From Corallochytrium limacisporum Hawaii (Eukaryota > Protista > Pluriformea): a stretch of DNA of 64,000 bases. The translations under genes and the position numbers were made by a program. The stretch lies in assembly GCA_002811645.1 (NCBI GenBank), contig PDIP01000033.1, forward strand, positions 1 through 64,000, given 5' to 3'. The notes beneath the pieces were generated by a model. The model did not search any database. It had not been told where the DNA came from and worked only from the letters and a program-made list of their open reading frames with translations. Shown here piece by piece: positions 33,072 to 44,562 of the stretch; the stretch's first letter is position 1, and the number at the start of each line of letters is the position of its first letter.

Positions 33072-33083
33072 TTTCGCGCCAAA
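33072..33083. promoter_or_regulatory. E2F/DP-type site TTTCGCGCCAAA upstream of MCMBP
   Basis: Exact overlapping inverted E2F consensus about 375 bp upstream of the MCMBP ATG. Confidence 0.55.
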
Positions 33084-33223
33084 AAATACACCAGCCGTAG
33101 TGAAAATAGGCCCCGTATCCATGTGCCAGTCCTACAACTCTAGATGCCGTTGTGTCTGAACTTCAATAGACGCAACATAGAAAGCGACATACATGCAATG
33201 TATTGATTTTAATGATCCGTAGC

Positions 33224-34876
33224 TCATTTCGCAGCGCGTCTGGCCATCTTTTCCATGATCTTCTCTTTCTCCTTTTTGGCTGTGGCCTCCTGTCGGTCAT
33301 ACTCTTTGTAGGCATTCTTCTTGCCAAACTTCTGCTTGTACTTGCGGTGTGGAATGACGCGCTTGCGAATCTCGATGATGCCGCGCTTGGTCAAACTCTT
33401 AAACCGGTCTTTCATGACATTGCCTTGAGGCTCCAGCCCACGCAGAGAAGAGGTGAGCTCGTCGGTTAGCAGGACATCCGGAAGCTCTTCCTTTTCTTTG
33501 TAACGCGAGAGACGTTCCTTGCGACTTGCTTTCTTGGCCTTTGCTCGCTCCTTTCGGGCCCTAATTGCCTCCCGTTCGGCTTCAATTTGCGTCCTGATCT
33601 TTGCATTGCTGAAGATAAGGGCTTCTTGCTGTCGTACTTGTTTGGCTTCCTTGAGCTTTAGCTCCTCCAAGCGGCGCGCTCGTTCCCGGAGCCGCTGCTG
33701 GCGAGTCTTCCGCTCAATTATGCGGGCCTGGGGGCGGCCATCCTCGTCGTCCTCATTATCTTCACTCGCCTCTTCACTATTGGTTTCGCTTTCGTCTTCG
33801 TCCTCATCTTCCTCGTGGGTTCCATTTTTGACCAAATGCCCCAGGCCTTGCATCATCTCCTGGTCCCGCTCGGCAAGGGTGACAATGGGCGTTTTCTGTG
33901 GGCGCAGGGCCTTCTCTGTTTCCGCTTCCTTCTTCAGGCGCAGCAGCTCCTGACGAGCGGCCTTCATTAGAAGCTCTTGATGGTCCTCAAATGTAGGGTT
34001 GTAAGAAGCGCCAGCCGGGGCCACGTCCACGTTCCGTCCACGGTCTTTCTTGCGTGCCTCCATGACGGTCTTCGGAATTTGCTTAGCCACCGCATTCAGG
34101 AACTCGTCCGAGTCCCAAATATCTATCTCCGCCTTAGAGGTGTTTAGTGTGCCCCGCAATGTACCTTTGTCCTTCATCTCCTCCATCTGTCTCTTCAAGA
34201 CGTCAACGTCCTTGCGAAGCTTCTGCATCTCCTTCTTCGAGTACTCGTCACGGATCTTTGCAGGCATGCGCATACGCACATCACGTTCCTTGGCAGCCCT
34301 CAGACTCTCCGCACGCGTGGCTGAAGTTCCTTTCTCTGAACGAATCTTAGATGACACGGGCTTGACGAGAGGATTTGTTTCCAAAGCGCTCCAGCTCTTC
34401 ATCGGTTTCATCATCATTCGGCGTTGCTTCTTGGTCATAGGCTTTTCGGGTAATTCATCCTCTTCTGCGCCCCGGTCGTCGTAGACGAGATCCTCCGCAG
34501 TCATGTCTTCAAGTGCACCGCCCTGCGCATATTCTTTATTCTTGGACGCCAAGTAGTCTCGGGCATCGTCGACATCAATGTTTTTTCGCCATGCCTTCTT
34601 ACCCTTACGAGAGACTTGTTTCTTTCCAGTCCTGCCGTGCAATTCATTCAGAGCCATCTTTACGAAGTTTTCGTCCGCATCTCGGCTGCGATCAACGCCA
34701 AAGTCGTCCTCACTGTCATTTTCGTCGAGATCTGTTGCACGGTTTCGTGCACGCATGCGCTTCTCCCGTTTCTGCCGATTCTTGCGTTCATTGCGCTCCT
34801 GTGCGGTGACGGCGGCTTTCTTCGCTCCAGGCCCATGCAGGGACTTTGCAAACTTACGACGAAGTTTCTTTCCCAT
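33224..34876 (-). CDS. NOP53: Ribosome biogenesis protein NOP53 (GLTSCR2)
   Basis: SRKGKKAWRKNID, GASYNPTFEDHQELL, LTDELTSSLRGLEPQGN and DRFKSL.KRGIIE.R. Confidence 0.94.
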   Translation of the reverse strand: MGKKLRRKFAKSLHGPGAKKAAVTAQERNERKNRQKREKRMRARNRATDLDENDSEDDFGVDRSRDADENFVKMALNELHGRTGKKQVSRKGKKAWRKNIDVDDARDYLASKNKEYAQGGALEDMTAEDLVYDDRGAEEDELPEKPMTKKQRRMMMKPMKSWSALETNPLVKPVSSKIRSEKGTSATRAESLRAAKERDVRMRMPAKIRDEYSKKEMQKLRKDVDVLKRQMEEMKDKGTLRGTLNTSKAEIDIWDSDEFLNAVAKQIPKTVMEARKKDRGRNVDVAPAGASYNPTFEDHQELLMKAARQELLRLKKEAETEKALRPQKTPIVTLAERDQEMMQGLGHLVKNGTHEEDEDEDESETNSEEASEDNEDDEDGRPQARIIERKTRQQRLRERARRLEELKLKEAKQVRQQEALIFSNAKIRTQIEAEREAIRARKERAKAKKASRKERLSRYKEKEELPDVLLTDELTSSLRGLEPQGNVMKDRFKSLTKRGIIEIRKRVIPHRKYKQKFGKKNAYKEYDRQEATAKKEKEKIMEKMARRAAK

Positions 34877-35820
34877 ATTTTAATCCTACTAATTGTATGT
34901 CAAGTGTATGTTAGAATTGTGAGAACCGAATTGAGCCTAGTCTACATGGTAAGTATCAAAACGCGATTCTTTAAGAGAGTTCTACTAATTTCTTCACCAC
35001 TAAATCAATCTCTTTCTTAACGATTATTTCCAAGGGTCTCAAGTACCTTTTCGACTTAAACTACATAAGATGTAAAAACGACCACGACAACAATCCCACG
35101 GACAAGTTCTCGAGAGACAAGGACCCTTGGAAAGCTGTCACTTTAGACGTACGCACCCACCTGCCACGCGTGTTTCTCACTACGGTGGTATCCGGAACCA
35201 GGCAGGCCAATACCCTCGCACACCCCCCCCCCCCCGCGGGGGGAGGGGCATCCCCACCCCGGAAGGGAGAGAAACCCGCCTTCCCACCCCACGAGGAGAG
35301 CGATATCGCAGCTCTGCACCGGAGACGAGGGGGGCGAGCCGTACGCTGGTCGCCATCCTCTTGAACACGCACTCCCCCCGGTCCCCCTTTCTCCCCGACA
35401 CAGGGGAGGGTGCTGGTGGGCAGCTTTTGGACAGCCTCCATACATTGAGTACCGAAGGCTACCGATAGCATTCCCCAGCGGAGAGTGGCCCTGCCCTGCC
35501 GATCGCTGTGCTTCACGGCCCTTCCTCACCGTGGACCGGGAGGGGGAACCCTTCTGGGAAAGGGGGACCCTATGGCCCCCTGTCGAGTATGGAGCAGAAG
35601 GGCGCGAAGTCTTTGAGTGAGGAGGGAGAGGAAGACGCAGGGGAGCGGAGCAGTCGACAGAGGAGCGCCCTGTAGGTGAGTCCGGCGGGCGTGATGATCA
35701 TGTCCTTGAGGATACTCTTTCGGGTACATGAGCAGTACTGTGTCCTATGCACAATTACCCACCGCACTGGTAGCTCTCTCCAAACACAAGTATGACTGAG
35801 AGCATGAGTGATCTAGAACT

Positions 35821-37317
35821 ATGCGGTTGGGTTCGAAGTGGGTGGTGCAAACTGGTCAACAGCGGTATGCCACAGAGGTACGGCTACCTGACGGCCAGAG
35901 CGGCCTTATAACTATTGCCTTGAAAAAAGAGCGATTTCAATTTTACTATACCAGAGAGCTTAGGGACAGTGTCGCCAATTGCCGAGTACAAATTACTCGT
36001 CTGTTGGAAAATCGGGGAAAGCGTACGGAGCTTCGCACAGAGGAGGCTACGCCCCTGATGAACAAGTTGGTCGAGCTACTGCAGAATCATGCGTCAACCT
36101 ACCAGGCTATGGACAACACCGGAATCCCTTCGTTCCCTGATCTTGACCCAGAGCTTCTGAAGCTATCAAGTCCCCAGGGTGAGTCGCTGCTGACCATTGC
36201 ACAAGATATTCACTTGTGTGAACAGCAGCAAAGTGGAGGCATTCCTGCCTTGCGCATCGCCGACGACCTGTCAACTATACACTTTGCCATTTGCGACAAG
36301 GATAAACGCAGCCATTCAGTGACCATTGCATATCGTCTGCAGTCCTGGTCGTCATCCACCATTGTGGCCGTCATGGGTTTGCAGATCCCACAATTTTTGG
36401 GACTGGCCAATGACCAGGGTACTATCACAGTGCAATCAACAGAACTCGCTATTGCTGCTGGCGGCAATTCCATGGGATCTGGTCATTTCGATTTCGACTT
36501 CGGAACCGAGCAAAGTCTCTCTGTACGGTGGCTGAGACGAAAACGAGTGGGGAATGTCACTGAATATGGAACCCCCAACGGAGGTGAAACGCTTATGATC
36601 ATTCCAAAGGACGGAAATATCCCAAAGCTTCAGGATTTAACGTCTCTGGCACGCGCACTTGTGCACCCTCTAGCAGAATTTTGGAATGTCATGGCAGAAA
36701 TCGATGAACGCTGCCATGTCGAAGATCCTAGAAATCCGGATCCCCGAGATACCCATCGGCGCATCCGCATCGATGTACTATGCTCTGTGGTAGTGGAAAT
36801 CGATCCGCGCATGCCGCATGAAGTGCCCAAACTTCAATTGATTGGCAATGAAGCCAAAGTCACGCGGGTGCGGGCTAAAATGAATGAAGGATTGACCGAG
36901 TGGCACACACCAGTCGCGCTTCCCGAACGAAGTGACAAGGGCAGCAAGAGGGCACCTGATTTGGTGCCACGTTTAGAGCGCCTGCTGGGTGAGACGTTCG
37001 AAAGTCGACCTTTGGTTCCGGTTAGCAAGAAGCGGAAGCATGATGGAGAAAGTGACCTTACGGTTCTGGAATGCCATGACCAAGACGACAACGATGACAC
37101 GGCGCATGGGGCAGAATGCGAAATTTGCTACGCCGAGCACCTCGATGGTCAACTTCCGGATGAATACTGTGGCAATGAACGCTGTGCACGTCGCTTCCAT
37201 AGAGCTTGCATCACGGAATGGCTGCAAGGACTGCCTTCAACGCGCATTGATCTTGACAATATTATCGGTACCTGCCCCTTCTGCGAGTATCCCCTCTTCA
37301 TTCGACAGCAGAGGTGA
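35821..37317 (+). CDS. FANCL: Fanconi anemia E3 ubiquitin ligase FANCL
   Basis: RWD-like block FWNVMAEIDERCHVEDP...RRI...IDPRMP and FANCL-type RING ECEICYA...C.N.RC...FHRACITEWL..LP......IIGTCPFC. Confidence 0.9.
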   Translation: MRLGSKWVVQTGQQRYATEVRLPDGQSGLITIALKKERFQFYYTRELRDSVANCRVQITRLLENRGKRTELRTEEATPLMNKLVELLQNHASTYQAMDNTGIPSFPDLDPELLKLSSPQGESLLTIAQDIHLCEQQQSGGIPALRIADDLSTIHFAICDKDKRSHSVTIAYRLQSWSSSTIVAVMGLQIPQFLGLANDQGTITVQSTELAIAAGGNSMGSGHFDFDFGTEQSLSVRWLRRKRVGNVTEYGTPNGGETLMIIPKDGNIPKLQDLTSLARALVHPLAEFWNVMAEIDERCHVEDPRNPDPRDTHRRIRIDVLCSVVVEIDPRMPHEVPKLQLIGNEAKVTRVRAKMNEGLTEWHTPVALPERSDKGSKRAPDLVPRLERLLGETFESRPLVPVSKKRKHDGESDLTVLECHDQDDNDDTAHGAECEICYAEHLDGQLPDEYCGNERCARRFHRACITEWLQGLPSTRIDLDNIIGTCPFCEYPLFIRQQR

Positions 37318-37387
37318 CAACAAATAGGAATTATGATTTACAATAGAAACGAATTCTTTATGGTCAAATGTGTCATGTTCCCTGGCT

Positions 37388-38038
37388 TCACGCCAACACA
37401 GCATCCTCGACAGCGGCCTTCTTTTCCTGTGCTACTTCCGTGGTAGTCTCTGTCGCGGTCTCCAACTGGGTATTGGGTACCTCGGGCAGCTTCTGCTTGA
37501 CGTCGAGGGCTTCAGTATCGTTTTCAATGCCCACCAGCTCGTCGAGCTCGGCCAGGACATCCGCATCGTCCTCCTCCGTGAGCTTAGCTCCAAGAGCCCG
37601 GCTAATCTCCTCCTGATACTCGATAGCCTCTCGTGTATCATCCATAAGGCGATCTACGTCGTCAATACTAATCTGCTTGTTGATCTCTTGAAGGGCGTCC
37701 TTACCTAGTGTGAGTTGGTCAAACACTTCCTTCTCTTGCACCTTCCATTCAATGGTCTGAACCATTTCTTCAATGTTTTGTAGTTGCGTGTCCGCCTTCA
37801 CCAACAACTTCTCTTGGTACTTGCGCTTCTGCAAGAATAGCTTGGCCTTTTGTTTGTCTCCTTTTTTCAGTGCCTCCTTGGCACATTGCTTCTCACGGTC
37901 TGCAATGGTCTCAATCTTCTTCTGGTACATTTTCAGCTTATCCCTCTGGCTCTTTAAGTCCAGCACTGCACGGTCCTGGGCACTAATATGTTGTTGTGCC
38001 CGCTTGGGGGGCGCAGACTTGCTGCTATTTCCGCCCAT
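37388..38038 (-). CDS. CHMP6: ESCRT-III subunit CHMP6/Vps20
   Basis: Myristoylation start MGGNSS, QDRAVLDLKSQRDKLK.YQK, Snf7 fold and LPEVP MIM2 motif. Confidence 0.94.
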   Translation of the reverse strand: MGGNSSKSAPPKRAQQHISAQDRAVLDLKSQRDKLKMYQKKIETIADREKQCAKEALKKGDKQKAKLFLQKRKYQEKLLVKADTQLQNIEEMVQTIEWKVQEKEVFDQLTLGKDALQEINKQISIDDVDRLMDDTREAIEYQEEISRALGAKLTEEDDADVLAELDELVGIENDTEALDVKQKLPEVPNTQLETATETTTEVAQEKKAAVEDAVLA

Positions 38039-38591
38039 TTTGTGTACGTACGTTGGTGTGGATGTGTCCACGCTATCCTAATGCAAAACTGTATTTTTCG
38101 CACCGCCGGCACCAGTTGGAGAAGAGATCGTGTTGTTAATTGTCGCGTCTGTGATGACATTCCTGTTTAAAAGAACAGAGACTACTTGAATAGTTGGTCA
38201 AGGACAAGATTGAGCCAACGACAGGGCTAAATTGTCCTGTATGATATGACTAATTTCCTAACAGAATATTCCCCGCCGAAGAATGACGACTACACGCCCC
38301 CGGAGAAGCCGAAGGCTAAAACCCGCCTAGCCCCCCCCCCCCTCACGGGTGGGTAGGTGCGGACGGAAGGAGATTCAGAAAGGGCCCCACCAGTCGCCCG
38401 GGCCGGTTTGACCCGTCTCCACACGACTTTTACCACTGTGACTGGGACTGTGAGAAGTGTATCCTGGGCCAAAGAGGAGGGCATGTGGGTATGGTAAAGG
38501 TCCTCCCCCCCCCCGGGGGGGGGGGCCTGGGTGGTATTTTGGTTTGTGAATGTGTCCTGTCTGGTTCCGACAATGGCAATGACCAGTTGAT

Positions 38592-39285
38592 TTAGCCCGA
38601 AGCCTGCGGCGGGGGGAACTCCGAGTAAGCCTTACGTCGCCGGCGCTGCAGTTCACGGGCAAGAATGTTAATCTCTTCGGTCTGTGCTCGCGCCGTTTCG
38701 TGCAGCTCGCGGCGTCGAGCTACCTTCCGGAAGTGGATATCGCACCTGCTCTTGCCGCCAGTGAGTTTGGCCGGTACCGGGTGGCAACCGGGCACCTACT
38801 TGGAAGCTGTCGGTGAGTCCTTGGTGGAGATATCAGGACTGGCATGGGTAGCGAGAAGGTCGAATTCCGTCCTCAGGACATCCGCAGCGGTCCTGGCATC
38901 ACCGCCGAGGCGGATGGTTTGGGCTTTGACTCGCTCCCGGACGCTTCGTTGCAGAGTCCAAATTTGGTTCCGGAGCTTCTCATTCTCAGCTGTCTTCGTG
39001 GCGAGGTATGCCTTCTTAGCCTTGAGCTCCTTCTCCACTTCGCGGATTTGAGAGTCCATAACATCGGTGGTGTAGATACGCTGCCGTTCGGCAGCTTCCG
39101 CTTCGCAGCCGCAATGCACGCATTCGTTCCACTTTGCAGGACATCCTGCACTTCACGGGACACTCGCGGAAGCTGAAGGTCCCGGGTCTCCTCTTTAAGA
39201 TCCTCTGCCTGCAGGTATCAATCTCCCATTGGACCTTGGCGATGTTCTTGCGGAAGTTCTTCATGTCTTCTAGAATGGCAATACC
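38592..39285 (-). pseudogene. CFAP43: Degenerate C-terminal fragment of flagellar protein CFAP43 (WDR96/FAP43)
   Basis: Reconstructed across three frames: IAILEDMKNFRKNIAKVQWE / QAEDLKEETRDLQLPRVSREVQ / EAEAAERQ...ENEKLRNQIWTLQRSVRER...* ...FRKVARRRELHETARAQTEEINILARELQRRRRKAYSEF. This matches CFAP43 C-terminal blocks in order. Frameshifts near 39215 and 39105; TAG at 38796-38798. Confidence 0.75.
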
Positions 39286-41054
39286 TCATCAGCGTTGCAT
39301 TCTAAATAATCAAATCAAATATAATCAAAAAATCATTAGTACCCCAAAAATTGTGATCGTTTTAGATTTTGTTGAAAAAATCAATAAATTTCGTGTCTGG
39401 CTACTGCTCAGTGGTGTGTAATTTCACGGGGTAGGTTGTGGGCAGCTGAACGGACAACTTTGGCTTTTATACTACCAATCACATCAAACGTGACATTGGA
39501 GAACTTTGAATCCTGTGGTCCATACACACATACTCTGAAACATACACTGTATGGCCCAAAGAGTTCAACGGATTGAGTATAGCGTATCAGCCATCATATT
39601 GCCTTCAAACAATCAGGAAGACACTAGGTTTTGCGGTCGCTGAGCAATCTGTGCCGTCTGATCGCGCGCGAAACCTTGTGGCGCCAAAGGGACCACCCCC
39701 CCCCTGTCCTGCCTCACACAGAAACTTGATTGATCCAATATTCTATCACGTCCGTGCACTTTCATTTCTCAAACGGGAGTCTATTTTTAAAGGAAACAAA
39801 ATGTAGGCAGTGTTCCGTTCGGCATTTATTTCCCGCACCTCCCTCCTTCCCTTCACGCCTTTTCCATGGTAGAGCGGTTGGAAAGTAGAAGTGTATTCGA
39901 AAACACACACCACTGTTAGTTCAAATCCCCGGATCTTCCGTCTTGTCATTCCAACTGCTTGCCTGTGTTGATCTACTGCTGTTGTGTTCCTCAGGGTCTT
40001 CTATGTTGTGATCCACGTCAGCTTCTGAGGCCCGCATGCTATTAACATGTTGCACGTCTAGTTCTCTGAGAATATTTGGTTACTGCAATGTCTCCCTTCA
40101 CGAAATACATACACCAGCGGCCGTGAGTTACATTACCGGAATATAGAGAACGAAATGGAATAAGCCAGAATATAGGCGTGAGATGGGAGGGAAGAAGAGA
40201 GAGCGATCAATTGATGTGGATATTTTTCTGCCAGGGACGGAATGTGCCACATAGATCAAAGTACAGGTAACACGGAATGGACCCATAATCAGTGCAGCTC
40301 TTCTCTAAAGTGAGAAAAAAATCAATCAAAGAATGGGACAGCAGAACGTCCGACGGTACCACCTCAACATTCTAGAAGCACGGCCTTCCACATCCTAACG
40401 GAGTGCAACGGATCACCTAACCATACGTAAGACGTGGGTGGGCTATTCTCTGAGTTGTGTAACACGCATGACCTACTTGTACGAACGGACCAGGTAGGGA
40501 TTACCAAGGGGAGGTAACGAAGGGATCCCGACGGTGATACATACGCAATTCTGCTGATTCATTCTGTGGCCGTTAATAAGCACCTGGTATCCACGGAATT
40601 GGCTGATCACAAGAGGTGCTCACCCCCGTACATTCACTACTGCTCCACAGCTGTAAGACGGTCAAAAGCACCGAACAATGGTACAACACGGAAACAACTA
40701 AGGACTGAAGAAGGGAACAATTTTTTTTAAGGGCGAATACAGAAAAAAGGAGTGGCCCCCTTGCGGGTACCGTTTCAAACTCCGAGGCTTTGGAATCTCA
40801 GTACACACGCACGCCGGTCGTGACCAGAGACTAGAAATAAACGTAGGACAGAGAACATGAAGGCCCGCAGGAGAAGGCAGTGTGTAGATTAGGAGTGCCG
40901 CCAACGAAAAAAGCCAATGGATTTGTGATTTCTTGCACAGTGTCCCATCAATTGTTTCCTCTTAGCTGAAACTATTCAAAACATCCGATGATTCGCGTGG
41001 GGTAGAAAGTACTAAGCTAAGGTGTACGATAGTGTTTGCAGCATCGTGAACTAG

Positions 41055-41543
41055 CTACTCTCGCATTCTCCGGGATGCATGCTGAACACAAGATGAGGAT
41101 ACAGGACATCGAGAAGAGCGGTTGCACAGTACCTTTAACATACATGGGACACACCGCGACCTCAAATTACACAGGGAGGGCCATAATTCGGGGTTAGAAT
41201 AGTGAAAACATAGTCGTATTGGTAGTAAACAGTTCATTTCTCCAGCTGAAAATGGAATACTAGCCGCTTGCTCGAGATGCGGTCGGATGCGCAACTTACA
41301 AAAGTAAGGCATAAATTTAGTACTGGACTGTAGCGGAAGGGTTGGAATACGAGATCGGTTGTCCAGGGAGACAGCCGCCCTTTCTTTCAGTCTGTTTCTT
41401 GGCTTTTGTGGCCACTTTGGCAAGTCCTGCGGCTGCCTGTCTGTATATACAGTCTCTGCGGTCTCTGCGAGCCTAGAAATCTCGTCGCCGGCCGCCGTTC
41501 CTTTACGCTGCTGCTCTTCCACACTAGTCATTTGTACAGTCAT
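41055..41543 (-). CDS. Possible hypothetical protein or decayed ORF
   Basis: 162 aa ORF; the N-terminal half has protein-like composition. No family recognised. Confidence 0.22.
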   Translation of the reverse strand: MTVQMTSVEEQQRKGTAAGDEISRLAETAETVYTDRQPQDLPKWPQKPRNRLKERAAVSLDNRSRIPTLPLQSSTKFMPYFCKLRIRPHLEQAASIPFSAGEMNCLLPIRLCFHYSNPELWPSLCNLRSRCVPCMLKVLCNRSSRCPVSSSCVQHASRRMRE

Positions 41544-44500
41544 CTGTTCGCTCTCTTACCATATTGAAATCACCTACCAACGCAAACTTGTCTGCATGCA
41601 TGCATGTCAACCAATGGGTATACCATGTTCGTTTGGAACAAATTAGGAACACAGGAAGAGAAGAAAGGAAAGATGTTGATCTCCGGCTGTACTGGGTTTG
41701 GTTGGTTGTCCGACACAAAAGGGGAAATCGCTTGTACGGTGCCTGTCCTGTTGCTGATCTTATCAAATATTGGGTTCTTGTGTGCAGTGGCTAATTTACT
41801 GGCAGAAAAAATGCGTATAATAGTTGCTGACCATCTGACAAGAGTACTGTGGAAGGTTTGTCATCGAACTCTAATCGCGGTCGAAAGCCCCTCCCCTCTT
41901 CTGGTTTCACCTTTTCTCATCGCCCCTACACCTACGGTCACAGACCGTCCCTACCCTCTGTCCCGGTGACAATGCAGCCCCCGAGTCCTTGGTTGCCCTG
42001 CCATTCCGTGCACCTCGTGGAGAAGTACGTTCTTCACGGATGTTGCGAAGACAAAAGAGGCTGAGGAGAACATGTGCCTGTAGCATGCACGATGGTCAAA
42101 ATAGTACCCCATGGTTGACGTCGCGATCAAAACAAACAATCCAGTAATCAGATGATTCTCAGCCTTCTTCCAATCCGCGATTCTCAGCAAAGTCTGAGTG
42201 AAATCCCAAATAGTTCATGCATGTCGTTTCACACATGAAACCATCGGCTGCCCACTGACGGTCAGTACCAGTCTATTCTTCGTCCATGTATGTTAACCAT
42301 GTTCTTCAGTTTCCTAATACTGATTGCCATTTGCTCATTCACACCGGCAGAAACGATCACCACTTTTTGAAACAAACATTTGAGACCCTCCGACACATAA
42401 CGAGGTGAATGGCAAGTAAGCAGTACTTCGCCCGGGGGGCTACGTGCCGGGGAGACCGGGGGACCCCACTCACGCAAGCCACTCCGTCCAAAACAAGTTC
42501 AGTCGTATATACGTTTGGTTCACATAGGCCAAGAAAGGATTTTACCTTGCATACAGAAGAGTGAGTCACTGCACGGTCTACGGCCAGTTTGAGCCAACTT
42601 TTTTTTGACCACAAACGAGTGATCCTTTGCTGGACCCATATCATGCAAATATCTCTAACCCCTGCAGGCCCCTCCCCAATTCGAGTTGTCTTAGAAATTG
42701 ATTTTAATCGTCTAACATATACGGTATCCGTTTCCCAATTGGAACTCAATTTTCTACTACCACTGGCTCTTCGCTCCTGCCTTCTTCAGGCATCGAAGAA
42801 GCAGCGATCTAATGAAAGTGTTCAGTCTACCCAATAAGAAACTATTGCGATCACACATCGGATATTTATAGACGATCCCCCTACTACCGTCTTTACATGG
42901 TTTTTCCTCAGAACGAGAAGCTGTCACTTTACATACTCTGGGACTTGGATGGACATGCATTCGTTAGTTTAATGTCCCCCTTTCCCTCGGGAAATTTCAA
43001 GTCCCCCTTGTTTTTGTTAAAAGACCTGGGGATTCTGGAGTATGCCATTCAATCTGCAACTGTGAGTGGATGGCACATCAACCTGGGGCCCCTCCAGGGG
43101 AAGAAGAGGGGAGGGGGGGGGGGGGCGCCAGCCATGGCCGTGCCTTTGCTGCTGTAGGTCCAAAGGTCTCTTCGCGTCGTTCTTTCCTCCTTTCTTTTTG
43201 AATCCCTCTCTATTGGAACAACGTCCTCTTTGTCTCTCTCCTTTCTTCCCCAATCGGGTTTCTTTGCCTTCCCTTTTATTTTTCTTTTTGAAATTGGGCC
43301 CCCCTCTCAAAGGCCAGCTGAACTAGCCACATCAATTTTTCACAGTGCTCAAACTCCCCCTTCGCGAGCCGAGCACATCGCGGCGATCAATGCTGGCCTA
43401 CGCGCGGCGATTCATAACGCTCCGTATATTATATGTGTAGCATCCATCTCGCGACCAACGGCCTCGTGTCCTGTGCCGGTCACTGTTCTCAGATGTAGGG
43501 TTTGATGAAAACCAATGCTCTTTTGTCGATCACTGACATGCCCAATGTGTCTGTTTGCTATTTATAAAGTTAGCTACCAGGTACCGACTTGTTCAGCTCT
43601 GGTTACGTCGGCTCTGGTTGGGCAACTTGTAGTGAATTCAACCCCCCTCCCACCCACACTTTCCCGCCCCAACAGAAGCGAGTGACACGATGAACGGAAA
43701 ACTTATTCATCCCTTGCCCCGATGGGTGAAGTACTCTGTGTACGTAAGAAGAAGTATGTAGGGACTGTGGGCTGGGAATCTTGGAAAATGAATAGAAGGA
43801 TTTAATCACTGATACCAAATTCGCCTTCCTGCCAGCGCTTCCGCTCAGAATGTCATGCTACGTACCAAATTCGCATGGTCCCTAGTTGCCGTGAGTATAG
43901 CACACAGACTTGACGCAAGTCAATATCACACTACATGGCAATTCTACTGGTGAGGAGAAACAATCATGCTTTGGTGTGCAACCATTGTGGTGAGTATCCA
44001 TTGCGTGAAACGCACACCTTCTGGGACCAAAAAATTTCCTTCCTTTTTAGGGAGTTTGTGAAAGAGAGTTCGTTCCTTTTCCAACAGGGTTGACCCTACC
44101 ATCGACCTCTATGGTACGACTCGCGTTGGCCTGGATAAGTGGCATCCACAAGAACCATCCAAATGGGGATACACCTGGTTTCTGTGAACAGTGAAATGAG
44201 AACAATAATGGGGCACCGGGAATGAGATGGGTGAAACTCAAAAACCAGGAAAGGGACGCATTCATCAGATGGTCACCACTTGATGAAGTTGACATGTCCC
44301 GCGAAACTGGATCCCCTGTAGTCCACACGTACTGAGTAGACCTGCGGTATGCCTACAATTCAAAACTTTCTTGCATTCTACTCAGCAGAGCCTTAAGCAT
44401 TTCCAAACACTGCTTATTTCAAATGATTCGAACAGAGTTGCGAAAACCGTCCATTTGACAGTTACTTCAGATCCATGATCTGGTGAGTATTCTAAGTGAA

Positions 44501-44562
44501 GGTGAACATCAATCTACTCATTCATATTTTAGACTTTGTTCGTACGCCCAATAGCCATCAGC

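Noticed and set aside
41951-42190. VLLHEVHGMAG resembling the RFC1 Walker B region (DEVDGMAG)
   Set aside because: Key acidic residues are missing and the flanks show no AAA+ similarity.
42357-42749. VKSFLGLC resembling the Ty3/gypsy RT-RNaseH connection motif
   Set aside because: A single short motif; no YxDD, integrase or LTRs seen.
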